Below, piece after piece: positions 9,306-17,639 of a DNA stretch of 64,000 bases. The DNA is from Opitutaceae bacterium (lineage in GTDB: Bacteria; Verrucomicrobiota; Verrucomicrobiia; Opitutales; Coraliomargaritaceae), in NCBI GenBank assembly GCA_051252375.1, contig JBPOFY010000004.1:64001-128000 (forward strand). The letters are read 5' to 3'. Under the pieces are notes generated by a model. It was not told the DNA's origin and made no database searches. It worked only from the letters and a program-made list of their open reading frames with translations. The position numbers and the translations under genes were made by a program. The number at the start of each line of letters is the position of its first letter. The first letter of the stretch is position 1.

Positions 9306-11246
9306 TTATTTAAAGGACCGTTTATTCACTTTCAACTTCAACGAAATCAAGGTACCCCCTTCTTTCGGATGGTCAACTGTTGCGATTGCCCGCATCAATT
9401 TCGCACGACGGCGTAACGACTTAGGTAAACCACCAGTGAATCCGCAACCATCGTCAGCAATCGTCAGCCTCAATTCTTTCATATTTGTCGATAACTCTAT
9501 TTTGGCGATGGTCGCCTGTCCGTGGCGGATGATATTGGTCAACGATTCTTTAAAGAATAAATAGATATCGATTCGCTGCCGACGCTTCAAGCGATTCAAC
9601 GCAACTTCATTTTCAAAGGAGATTACATACTGAACATCTGCGAGTAATCGGCGCGCTTCCCGCTTCATCTCATCAACCAAAATCTCACAGACGCCTGTCG
9701 CCTCCAGCATATTGGTGCAAAAACGAGCCGACGCCCCAGCCCGCTCAGTCAGCGTACGTATTTTCTGCAGCGTTTCAATCAATGGTCCCGGCGTATCAAC
9801 CGACTCTTGAGCAATATCGCTCCACATCCCAATCGCATGTAAATTTGCGCCAAGTTCATCGTGCAAGTTTGCGGCGATGCGCTCACGCACCTGTGTCTCA
9901 TTACGGATGCGCAGGATACGGCTATAGAGCACAACAAATACAATAACGAAGAGGGCAACCACCAGCATCCAACCCATTCCAATCAGAACCTTTTTCTGAA
10001 GCTCATACTGAACATCCAACGCGTCCATCACACCGCGACGTTCCAACTCTAGATCGTGACGCAGAGCCAATTCTTTCATCCACATTCGGACAGGGAGAAT
10101 TTCACCGTATAGATTTTGACCGTCAGTCAAAGCCAACGGCGAACGCAAGTTACGCATAACAGGATCCGCCCAAGCCTCTTTACCCAAAGCAACATTCTCA
10201 CCATTGGAGATAAGTTCGATCTCAGCAAACCCGACACGAGATAAACGCTCCGAAACACCGAAGGAGATACTTGGCTCGATAGTAACCAGCCTGACGTAAC
10301 GACATGACGCCTCTGGGATGTTCCACATCATTATCAAACCCGTATCCGAAATCTTCTCCGATTGATAATCCAACAGCACTGTAACATCTGTAAAATCTGG
10401 CGTTTCGGCCCCCTCGACTTTGAAGTGTTTAGGTATCCCCAAATCGCCCACAAAAGCTTGTGGCACCGTATTACTTTGCTCCACCGCATGGAGGTGTATG
10501 CCAGAGATTGGACGACTTACACCCAAATCAATATACAGCGCCGGCGTCGCTCCAAAATCACTCAGAAAGCCCAGGCTTTGCCGCCCGCGCGCTGAATTCA
10601 TAATATAAGGCGTGGTGCCATCCACAAGGAACCCCTCATCCCAAGCACCCGATGGGTCGCGAGGTCTCCCTAAAGAAGTTTTAAGTGGACGGCGCAGTGC
10701 CACATTCTTTCCTTCACTAAAGATCAGTATCTCGGACAACTGAAAAACATATTTATCGTCAAGTACTCGCTTAAACAGATGCGGCACTTCGAGCCTCACC
10801 CAGGAAGCTGGCGTCTCCGCGAACGATAGCATTAGTGGGGTCACGCTACGCGACATATCCTCAGTATGCGCATACTCCGCAATCACTCTACCCTCTCGAT
10901 CTTCAGCGGTTCCAACTCTTACACGAAACGTCGTCGGGAAAGCATCGGCCTTAAATCCCTCTTCCATATTACGCCAGAGCACTGGCAATAGTGCAATTTC
11001 ACTGATCATTTGCACCTCACCCAAATCGATCTCTACCCAGAACGGATGCTCCGCATTTTTGAAAGGAGCGGTATGGAAACCAATCGCCCCCACCCCGCCG
11101 CGCAAACTTGGGCGAGCCAACGCTTCAAGCTCTCGGTCAATCTCCGCCTTCCTCGCCTCCAATTCCGAAATTGAACGACCATCGAGAGCTGCACTACCGG
11201 CAGAGCAACAAAACAAGAAGACCAGACTGAGTAGCAATCGTCTCAT
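9306..11246 (-). CDS. HisKA_3-type sensor histidine kinase with two extracytoplasmic discoidin/F5-8-type-C-like domains
   Basis: Signal peptide; two WVEIDLG/LYIDLG...E(I)...NVAL repeats; TM helix; RERIAANLHDELG H-box; ESLTNIIRH and IADDGCGF. Lies 9 nt upstream of the response regulator. Confidence 0.88.
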   Translation of the reverse strand: MRRLLLSLVFLFCCSAGSAALDGRSISELEARKAEIDRELEALARPSLRGGVGAIGFHTAPFKNAEHPFWVEIDLGEVQMISEIALLPVLWRNMEEGFKADAFPTTFRVRVGTAEDREGRVIAEYAHTEDMSRSVTPLMLSFAETPASWVRLEVPHLFKRVLDDKYVFQLSEILIFSEGKNVALRRPLKTSLGRPRDPSGAWDEGFLVDGTTPYIMNSARGRQSLGFLSDFGATPALYIDLGVSRPISGIHLHAVEQSNTVPQAFVGDLGIPKHFKVEGAETPDFTDVTVLLDYQSEKISDTGLIMMWNIPEASCRYVRLVTIEPSISFGVSERLSRVGFAEIELISNGENVALGKEAWADPVMRNLRSPLALTDGQNLYGEILPVRMWMKELALRHDLELERRGVMDALDVQYELQKKVLIGMGWMLVVALFVIVFVVLYSRILRIRNETQVRERIAANLHDELGANLHAIGMWSDIAQESVDTPGPLIETLQKIRTLTERAGASARFCTNMLEATGVCEILVDEMKREARRLLADVQYVISFENEVALNRLKRRQRIDIYLFFKESLTNIIRHGQATIAKIELSTNMKELRLTIADDGCGFTGGLPKSLRRRAKLMRAIATVDHPKEGGTLISLKLKVNKRSFK

Positions 11247-11413
11247 CAGTGACAATCAGAGAGCTGGAAGTGAAGGTGCGCCCCGGCACCACACGGATAG
11301 TCGAAAATCCTATCTAATATAACGCCGTGCGCTAACTCCAGCACATCAGACATTTCTAGATTTCGTATATGCATCGCATCAAAGTATAAGACACTACGCT
11401 AAGCACAAACCAC

Positions 11414-11451
11414 AAAAAAAGCGTGCGATGCATCTGCATCACACGCTTTTT
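11414..11451 (-). terminator. Rho-independent terminator (possibly bidirectional) downstream of the PEP-CTERM gene
   Basis: AAAAAAA-GCGTGCGATGCA-TC-TGCATCACACGC-TTTTT hairpin flanked by A and T tracts. Confidence 0.85.
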
Positions 11452-11481
11452 GAAAAACGATTTAATTGGACCTCTAGCCAA

Positions 11482-14400
11482 TTAGGACTGGCGACGACGG
11501 CGAACCATCACGTAACCCAAGCCGAGAAGACCAGCAAGCAGCGCATAACTACCTGGCTCAGGCACGACGGACAGAGTCAGCACACCTGTAGACTGAGTGA
11601 ATTGCCAAGTATCGTTACCAGCATTGAGATCCCAAATGCCATCAAGATCGCCATCCAAAAGGCTACCGGAATACTGATCAGAAAGAACGATCGAAGCGAG
11701 GTCGCCTGACTGGCTACCGAAATCAAACAGGTCAAATGTGTAGTTGCCAGCAGCGAAGATCGTGCCGATGTCGAGATCAAGATCGCCGCCGTAGGTCAGT
11801 GCGCCGGTAACATCTGCGAAATCATGCCCTCCTGTAACGCCTGCACCCGCAGTGCCGTCAATTTCATAGATCGCAGTGCCTGCGAGTGTCAGTGAGCTGA
11901 AGGTCATCGTGCCAGGACTATTACCGATCGCAAGTGTGCCGTCGATAACGACGGCTCCTAGATTACCGGATCCGCCTAGTGTCGCACCAGAGTCCACCGT
12001 GACAAGGCTGCTGCTAGCAATTGATCCGTCCACAATGAGTGTGCCCGCAATGATACCGGTAGTACCTGTGTAAGTGCTGGTGCCAGTCAAGGTCTGGGTG
12101 CCTGCACCCGTCTTGATCAGATCCATACCCGAGGCTCCGTTACCAATAACGCCAGAGTAAGAACTATTGCCTGCGTTATTCAAAGTCAGAGCTGTCACAG
12201 CGTCATAGCCGCCAGAGGTGGTCGTAAAGACCGATGCAAGATCCTTGTCACCTGTGAGACCGCCGAAGGTCAACGCGGTTACCGTGGTCTTCAATCCGTT
12301 GCTAGCATCACCCAAAGTGCTGCCGGCCGTATTCAACGCACTGTTCTGGATCGCCAAACTGTTTAAGAGCTGCAGCGTGCCCGAACTGACCGTGGTTGAA
12401 CCGGTGTAGGTGCCCGCACCACCCATGGTGAAGGTGCCACTGCCAGCGTAGGCGAAGTTCTTGGCCCCCCCTGCCGTATCGAGGACTCCTCCGTTGACGG
12501 TGACATCCGCCGAACCGCTCCAAATATTAGTAGAGGTGGCCCCCCGCTCGTTCAGTCCCAGCGAACCGAAGACGAGGGTATTCCCAGCGCCGTTTACCTC
12601 AATGGTTGTCACGCCTGTCCCGCGGGCGGTCGAGACGGAGGCTCCGCCGAAGGTCAAGGTGCTGCCACTGCCATTAAGTTGGATAATACCGGTAGACACT
12701 CCAGCTGTAGCCGGCAATTGAAAGTCAATCGCGCCCTCTCCCAGATTCAGGTCATTCGTGCCGCCAAACGTAAAATAGTTGCCGTTCACGTTGCCGGCAA
12801 CTGTGATGAGATTGTCGTTGGCAAGCGTGATAGCACCGCCGCTGGTGTTGTCAATGGTGGTGCCGTTGCCGATCACAAACGTGCCCGTGCCGAGCGCAGT
12901 GGTGCTGTTGATATTGAGCGTGCCCTCACTGAGTGTCGTAGTGCCGGTGTAGGTGTTATCGCCAGCGAGAGTTGTGATCCCGCTATTGCTGATAGCGGAC
13001 GCGCCACTTATCACGCCTGCTGCAGATTGCGATAAAGTTCCCGAACTACCAACTTCGATCGCCCCGCCGCCTGTGAGCGACCCCGTAAGGCTAAGCGTGC
13101 CTGCATTAACGTTCGTCGCTCCACTGTAGCTGTTGCTGCCTGAAAGCGTGAGAGTGTTAACTCCGAGCTTGGTGAGGTCACGAGCAGCAGTGAGCGCTGT
13201 GGATTGGGTGAAGTCCCCGGCCGTAGTGTCGAGAGCAACACCAGAGGCCGCGTCCAAAGTGAACCCAGTGAGCGTGTTGGTGTTAAACAAGTCAGCGACG
13301 TCGGTTTCACTATAGTCTGTTACACCACCCGCACCGACTCCAAGACCCGCAGTGCCCGCCGCGCTTGCGGATATAGTGGTGCTGGAGGAACGCGCAGCCT
13401 TGTTGGCGATAACGAGCGTTCCATTGGATATCGTAGTGGTCGCACCAGCATAGGTGTTGGTGCCGGAAAGGACAACCACCCCAGTCCCTATCTTTGTGTA
13501 GCTTTGTGCCCCGATGAGGTTTCCTGAAACGGTAAGCACCGAAGAGCCATCGGAACTCAGTCTGAAAGGATTTGTTTCAGCGTTGCTAATCTGCCCAGAC
13601 CACTCGGCTGCTGTTGCCCCCGTCTCCAGCACGAGAGTTTTATTACCGCCCGCAGTGGTGGTAACAATGCCTCGTGAAATATTGACACCGTCAGCCAACT
13701 CAATCGTGCCAGATTGTCTCATTTCTATCGCAGTCGCCACCCCGCTGACACCCGCAGCATTGTCGTGCTCGAGCCGAAGTGTTGCACCGCCTGTGGTGAT
13801 TCTAATCGCATTGCCAAACGTATTATCGCCACTAAGGACTACCGTGCCGTTTCCCGTCAAATTGAAATCGCCGGTGTTATTGGTGGAGGAGAGCACCCCT
13901 GAAAGCGTAAGGGTCTGCCCCGACGTAGCCACTAGGTCAGTATTGCCTGCACCAGATTCTTCTTTGTTAATGTTACCCGAATACTCCGCCGAAGTCGCGC
14001 CAGCTGCCACTCTGATAATCTTATTAGCCCCAGAGTCGGAAACAGTGAGAGTGTTGCTAATATTGACACCGTCTCCCAGTTCCAAGACTGCATTTGAGTT
14101 CGCCAGGGTCACGGTGCCTGTGCCTAATGCATTATCGTTGTTAGCCTGCACAATATTCCCTGCATTAATATTTGTGCCACCGCTATAAGTATTGGCACCG
14201 CTCAAGATCAGTGTGCCTCCAGGATTTGTGGACTTCGTAAGCGCTAATGAAGTTGCACCACCATCACTAATGACACCGCTCAGATGGGTCGTGCCCGTGC
14301 CGAATATGGTAAAAGTTTTTGCCACCGCAGATCCTCCAGTCCCTCCAGAAATGTCTCCAGCAATCGTAAGTGTATTGGCGCTGTTATTGGTCAAGGTATT

Positions 14401-14814
14401 CGATGCCGAGGTTGCATCTGTGCCCAAAACGACATGCGCGTTGATAAGCTGATCGTTAGCAACAGTCGAAGTCATCACAATGTTTCCGCCGTTATCGAGT
14501 GTGAGGGTGTCAGTGCCGACAGCACCTGCACCGATCGTGTAAGCAGCAACACTTGCCCCAGTGAACTCAAGGGCTCCGATCGTAACGCCTCCACTGAGAT
14601 CGATAACTGCTGCGCCGCCCGTTCCTACGACTGAATTGAAAGTAGCCGTGTCTCCGGTGCCTGGCACTATAGTTGCACCCACCCAGTTAGTCGTATCAGA
14701 CCACAATGCGTCAGTATCACCATCCCAAGTGTCAGTAGCGGCATTGGCAACAGCGCCAGATAGCACAAATGCTGCGGCTGTGGTTAAAAGTAGAGGTGTG
14801 GTTAATTTAATCAT
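11482..14814 (-). CDS. Large PEP-CTERM surface protein with autotransporter-associated beta-strand (passenger) repeats
   Basis: Signal peptide from ATG 14814; many LTKxGxGTLxLSGxNTYxGxTxxxxGTL repeats; C-terminal VPEPGSYALLAGLLGLGYVMVRRRRQS. Confidence 0.9.
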   Translation of the reverse strand: MIKLTTPLLLTTAAAFVLSGAVANAATDTWDGDTDALWSDTTNWVGATIVPGTGDTATFNSVVGTGGAAVIDLSGGVTIGALEFTGASVAAYTIGAGAVGTDTLTLDNGGNIVMTSTVANDQLINAHVVLGTDATSASNTLTNNSANTLTIAGDISGGTGGSAVAKTFTIFGTGTTHLSGVISDGGATSLALTKSTNPGGTLILSGANTYSGGTNINAGNIVQANNDNALGTGTVTLANSNAVLELGDGVNISNTLTVSDSGANKIIRVAAGATSAEYSGNINKEESGAGNTDLVATSGQTLTLSGVLSSTNNTGDFNLTGNGTVVLSGDNTFGNAIRITTGGATLRLEHDNAAGVSGVATAIEMRQSGTIELADGVNISRGIVTTTAGGNKTLVLETGATAAEWSGQISNAETNPFRLSSDGSSVLTVSGNLIGAQSYTKIGTGVVVLSGTNTYAGATTTISNGTLVIANKAARSSSTTISASAAGTAGLGVGAGGVTDYSETDVADLFNTNTLTGFTLDAASGVALDTTAGDFTQSTALTAARDLTKLGVNTLTLSGSNSYSGATNVNAGTLSLTGSLTGGGAIEVGSSGTLSQSAAGVISGASAISNSGITTLAGDNTYTGTTTLSEGTLNINSTTALGTGTFVIGNGTTIDNTSGGAITLANDNLITVAGNVNGNYFTFGGTNDLNLGEGAIDFQLPATAGVSTGIIQLNGSGSTLTFGGASVSTARGTGVTTIEVNGAGNTLVFGSLGLNERGATSTNIWSGSADVTVNGGVLDTAGGAKNFAYAGSGTFTMGGAGTYTGSTTVSSGTLQLLNSLAIQNSALNTAGSTLGDASNGLKTTVTALTFGGLTGDKDLASVFTTTSGGYDAVTALTLNNAGNSSYSGVIGNGASGMDLIKTGAGTQTLTGTSTYTGTTGIIAGTLIVDGSIASSSLVTVDSGATLGGSGNLGAVVIDGTLAIGNSPGTMTFSSLTLAGTAIYEIDGTAGAGVTGGHDFADVTGALTYGGDLDLDIGTIFAAGNYTFDLFDFGSQSGDLASIVLSDQYSGSLLDGDLDGIWDLNAGNDTWQFTQSTGVLTLSVVPEPGSYALLAGLLGLGYVMVRRRRQS

Positions 14815-14915
14815 GGCAGTATAAGGGAAATGATAAAAAAACGCTTCAAGAGATGTGAAGCGGATAGAAATCACTTATATTAGGTATAGAATACCAAATC
14901 TCGGTCCATCTGGCT

Positions 14916-14954
14916 ATTACGCGTACACATAAATCCACATGACGTATATACGTG
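14916..14954. promoter_or_regulatory. Paired operator-like boxes (ATTACGCGTACACATA, ATGACGTATATACGTG) upstream of the PEP-CTERM gene
   Basis: Two copies 23 bp apart of the motif that recurs at 52902, 56683/56705 and 59766/59789. Confidence 0.6.
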
Positions 14955-15022
14955 ATGCAACCTCAAAACCGATGCCTGACCGCCGAAAATACTACAGTAG
15001 CTCGTTCAATTCCATTATTCGT

Positions 15023-15087
15023 AAATAACGTAGAGCGTGCTCACGGAGTGAGGCACGAACGGAGTTGATCACCGCGCCTGGATATAC
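15023..15087 (+). other. Degenerate attC-like integron cassette recombination site
   Basis: AAATAAC-5nt-GCGTGCTCA...TGATCA(C)CGC-5nt-GATATAC. This is R''/L''/L'/R' geometry with one unpaired C, but the core GTT appears as GAT. Confidence 0.5.
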
Positions 15088-15223
15088 CATAGGGGAGTGC
15101 AATGAGGTTCGACGATTCGATGGGGTTAAGGTTCATTTCAGTGGGACTTTTTAGATTCGTTCAGACTGGTTAGAATGTGGATTCCTTCAATTTAAATATT
15201 CCCAGAGGCCAGCGGAGCTGGAT

Positions 15224-15306
15224 CCGCTTAACTTCGCTTAATTTACGCTTAAAATGAGATCTCTTTCGTCGTGCTGGTTAAGCGTTCATTAAGCGTGATT
15301 AAGCGG
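15224..15306. repeat. Inverted repeat built of 3x CGCTTAA facing 3x TTAAGCG
   Basis: Left arm CCGCTTAACTTCGCTTAATTTACGCTTAA (15224-15252) against right arm TTAAGCGTTCATTAAGCGTGATTAAGCGG (15278-15306): 24/29 complementary. Confidence 0.85.
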
Positions 15307-15466
15307 TTAAAAATCTGGGTTCACTCTTCTGTATATCAGTATAATTGATCGCGATGCTAAGCTGTAGATAGTTCCGCTAGCAATAAACTCACCGGACTAG
15401 CCATCCATCCAATGAGTTCCCCCTACCTCAGTTCGGTATGGTTACCGAATCCACCCCAAAAACATC

Positions 15467-17380
15467 CTATTTTTGCGATTTCTTACTTTTCTTCGATTTT
15501 TTGGGGTCGCCGGTGCCACCGACTAAATAATCGACTCGATGCTTCACCAAGCCGCCGAGTTTGGCCCAATCGGCGTTTTTGATATATGCGGGATCCATCT
15601 CCACCCCGGCATTGCCCTGAAGCAGGACCACTGTGTTAAGGATGAGATTCACTTCGATCGGGTCGGTATTACCATCAAGGACATCATATATAATAGGCAT
15701 GGGGTCAGCCGCGCCTGCTAGACCGAGAAACTCTGCGGCGCGCACGCGCACCAAATTATTAGGGTCGGAAGCCGCCAGCTTCTTGGCTTTTTCGTAAAAC
15801 GGGGATGCCTGTTCACCGAAAGCCGCACAAGTAATCAGCCCCCAATAGCGTTCCTGTGGTTGTTTCGACTGAAGCGCTTGCGCGATCTGTCCTTTCGCCT
15901 CGGGAAAGGCGCGTAGCTGCAAGTCGGCGATATCGATGAACGCTGCGATCTGTTCTTTGTTCTTTCGACCGAAGGCGACGCCATTGCCTTGACTCTTAGA
16001 TAGGAAAACGGATTCCGGATAGAATCCGACATCCGCGACAGACTTCACCTGATCCTGTAAAGCCCGTCGCATCCCCAAGAGCACATCCGTATAAGCGGGA
16101 TCGTCGGCGAGATTGTTTATCTCGTGCGGGTCTTTCTCGATGTCAAAGAGTTGCTCCGGCGGGCGCGCATGGAAAAAAGCCGATTGCACGTCGTTGAGTT
16201 TGCCAGCTTTTGCGAGATCACGCCATTCACTGAAGGCTGGCTGCTTGTAGCGATAGAAATTATGCAGACCGTCGAAGTTGAACGGCTGGTAGTTGCGCCA
16301 GTAGGTGTATTTACCTTTGCGCAGAAAACGAACCATGTCGTATTTCTCATCAAAGCGATCGGCATAACCGAAGGCGGTATCTCGCTGATTCAATTCCCCC
16401 AGCACCACGCCCTGCCCGAGGAAGGGCTCACCGTCGATCTCGGCAGGAATCTCGATGCCCGCGAGGTTCAACACAGTGGCCGCGAGGTCAACGAACTCAA
16501 CAAAGCCATCAATACGCGTGCCCGCTTTGGTTGGTCTGCCATGGGTTTCGTCAAAAGGCGCCAGATGCTGCCAGTTCTTCGGGATGTAGACCACCATCGC
16601 CACCTGCAAACCATCATTATGCGCGTAGCCCTTACCCCCTGGCAACACACCACCATGATCGCCGTAGTGAAAGATGAAAGTATCGTCCATGAGCCCATCT
16701 GCCTCCAGTTGAGCAATGGTCGCTCCCACCTCGGCATCCATGAGCGTCTGCAGTGTCAGATACTGGGCGTATTTCTTACGGAAGGTCGAGGTGTCAGGGT
16801 GATACGGAAATAATGCCACCTCTGCAGGATCGACCACATACTTCGTCCCTTTCGGCAGCTCCCCGAAGAGCTTGCTCTCGTGGGTGGTGTTCGAGTTTTT
16901 AACGTGGAAAAAAGGCTGCCCCTCTTTGCGCTTCCGAAAAGTGGCCTTGCCAGAGGATTCATCCCAAACACCTGCTTTCTCCTCACTCTTGAAATTATAG
17001 TCCTGCTTATAATTGTTCGTGGTATAGTAACCAGCCTGACGCAAATAGTAAGGAAACATCCTCAAGCCCTCAGGCATGCTGACGGGCACCAAGTTGCGAT
17101 GATATTGAGCGCCTGTGCGCGGGCCGTAGCAGCCGGAGATAATCGTGCTGCGAGCCACCGAACAAACTGCACCGCAGGAATAAGCATTATTAAACACCAG
17201 TCCCTGCGCTGCGAGCTTCTCAATATGCGGCATCGGCGCCCCATGCTCGGGGTCATAAAGCCGATACCAGTTCGCTGAGTTATCTTCCGAAGTGAGCCAA
17301 ACGATATTCGGTCGATCGGGTTTGGCGCTGACCGAAAGGGTCAGCACTAAAAACAAAATAAACAGCCGATGGATTTTCAT
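15467..17380 (-). CDS. Formylglycine-dependent (S1) sulfatase with C-terminal HEAT-like repeats
   Basis: Signal peptide, RPNIVWLTSED, CSVARSTIISG (CxxxR), GDHGG, EQLFDIEKDPHEINNLA; helical VRVRAAEFLG tail. Start is probably ATG 17380. Confidence 0.92.
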   Translation of the reverse strand: MKIHRLFILFLVLTLSVSAKPDRPNIVWLTSEDNSANWYRLYDPEHGAPMPHIEKLAAQGLVFNNAYSCGAVCSVARSTIISGCYGPRTGAQYHRNLVPVSMPEGLRMFPYYLRQAGYYTTNNYKQDYNFKSEEKAGVWDESSGKATFRKRKEGQPFFHVKNSNTTHESKLFGELPKGTKYVVDPAEVALFPYHPDTSTFRKKYAQYLTLQTLMDAEVGATIAQLEADGLMDDTFIFHYGDHGGVLPGGKGYAHNDGLQVAMVVYIPKNWQHLAPFDETHGRPTKAGTRIDGFVEFVDLAATVLNLAGIEIPAEIDGEPFLGQGVVLGELNQRDTAFGYADRFDEKYDMVRFLRKGKYTYWRNYQPFNFDGLHNFYRYKQPAFSEWRDLAKAGKLNDVQSAFFHARPPEQLFDIEKDPHEINNLADDPAYTDVLLGMRRALQDQVKSVADVGFYPESVFLSKSQGNGVAFGRKNKEQIAAFIDIADLQLRAFPEAKGQIAQALQSKQPQERYWGLITCAAFGEQASPFYEKAKKLAASDPNNLVRVRAAEFLGLAGAADPMPIIYDVLDGNTDPIEVNLILNTVVLLQGNAGVEMDPAYIKNADWAKLGGLVKHRVDYLVGGTGDPKKSKKSKKSQK

Positions 17381-17639
17381 AAGATAGAAAAGAGGAGTTA
17401 GCATACAGTAGTTAGAAGTTAGCCACTGAAAGGCAATGGTTTGTAAACTTGAGCACTTTCGCCAATTTGGCGATGGGCGCTTTCACGATAAGCTCTTGAA
17501 CAATGCCCTAACTTCCAACTTCCAACTTCTGAATTTAAGATAAGACAACACGTTGACAACTGCAGCTACGACACGCGCGCTTAAGATAACAGCCAAAAAG
17601 CCGAAGGCCTCAGCCATCAAGTTCAAGCCACCGACGCGA

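Noticed and set aside
11876..14824. Several plus-strand ORFs (up to 224 aa) opposite the PEP-CTERM repeat gene
   Set aside because: Antisense shadows of a Gly/Thr/Ala-rich repetitive gene; Pro/Val-rich translations with no recognisable motifs.
15224..15306. Possible mini-CRISPR (short repeats)
   Set aside because: Units are 7 bp with 3-4 nt spacers and are inverted; no 25-40 nt repeats or spacers and no cas genes.
15387..15449. Two hairpins downstream of sulfatase 15467 as a possible ncRNA or riboswitch
   Set aside because: AACTCACCGGA/TCCAATGAGTT and TTCGGTA/TACCGAA stems fit ordinary terminator-like structures; no known RNA family recognised.
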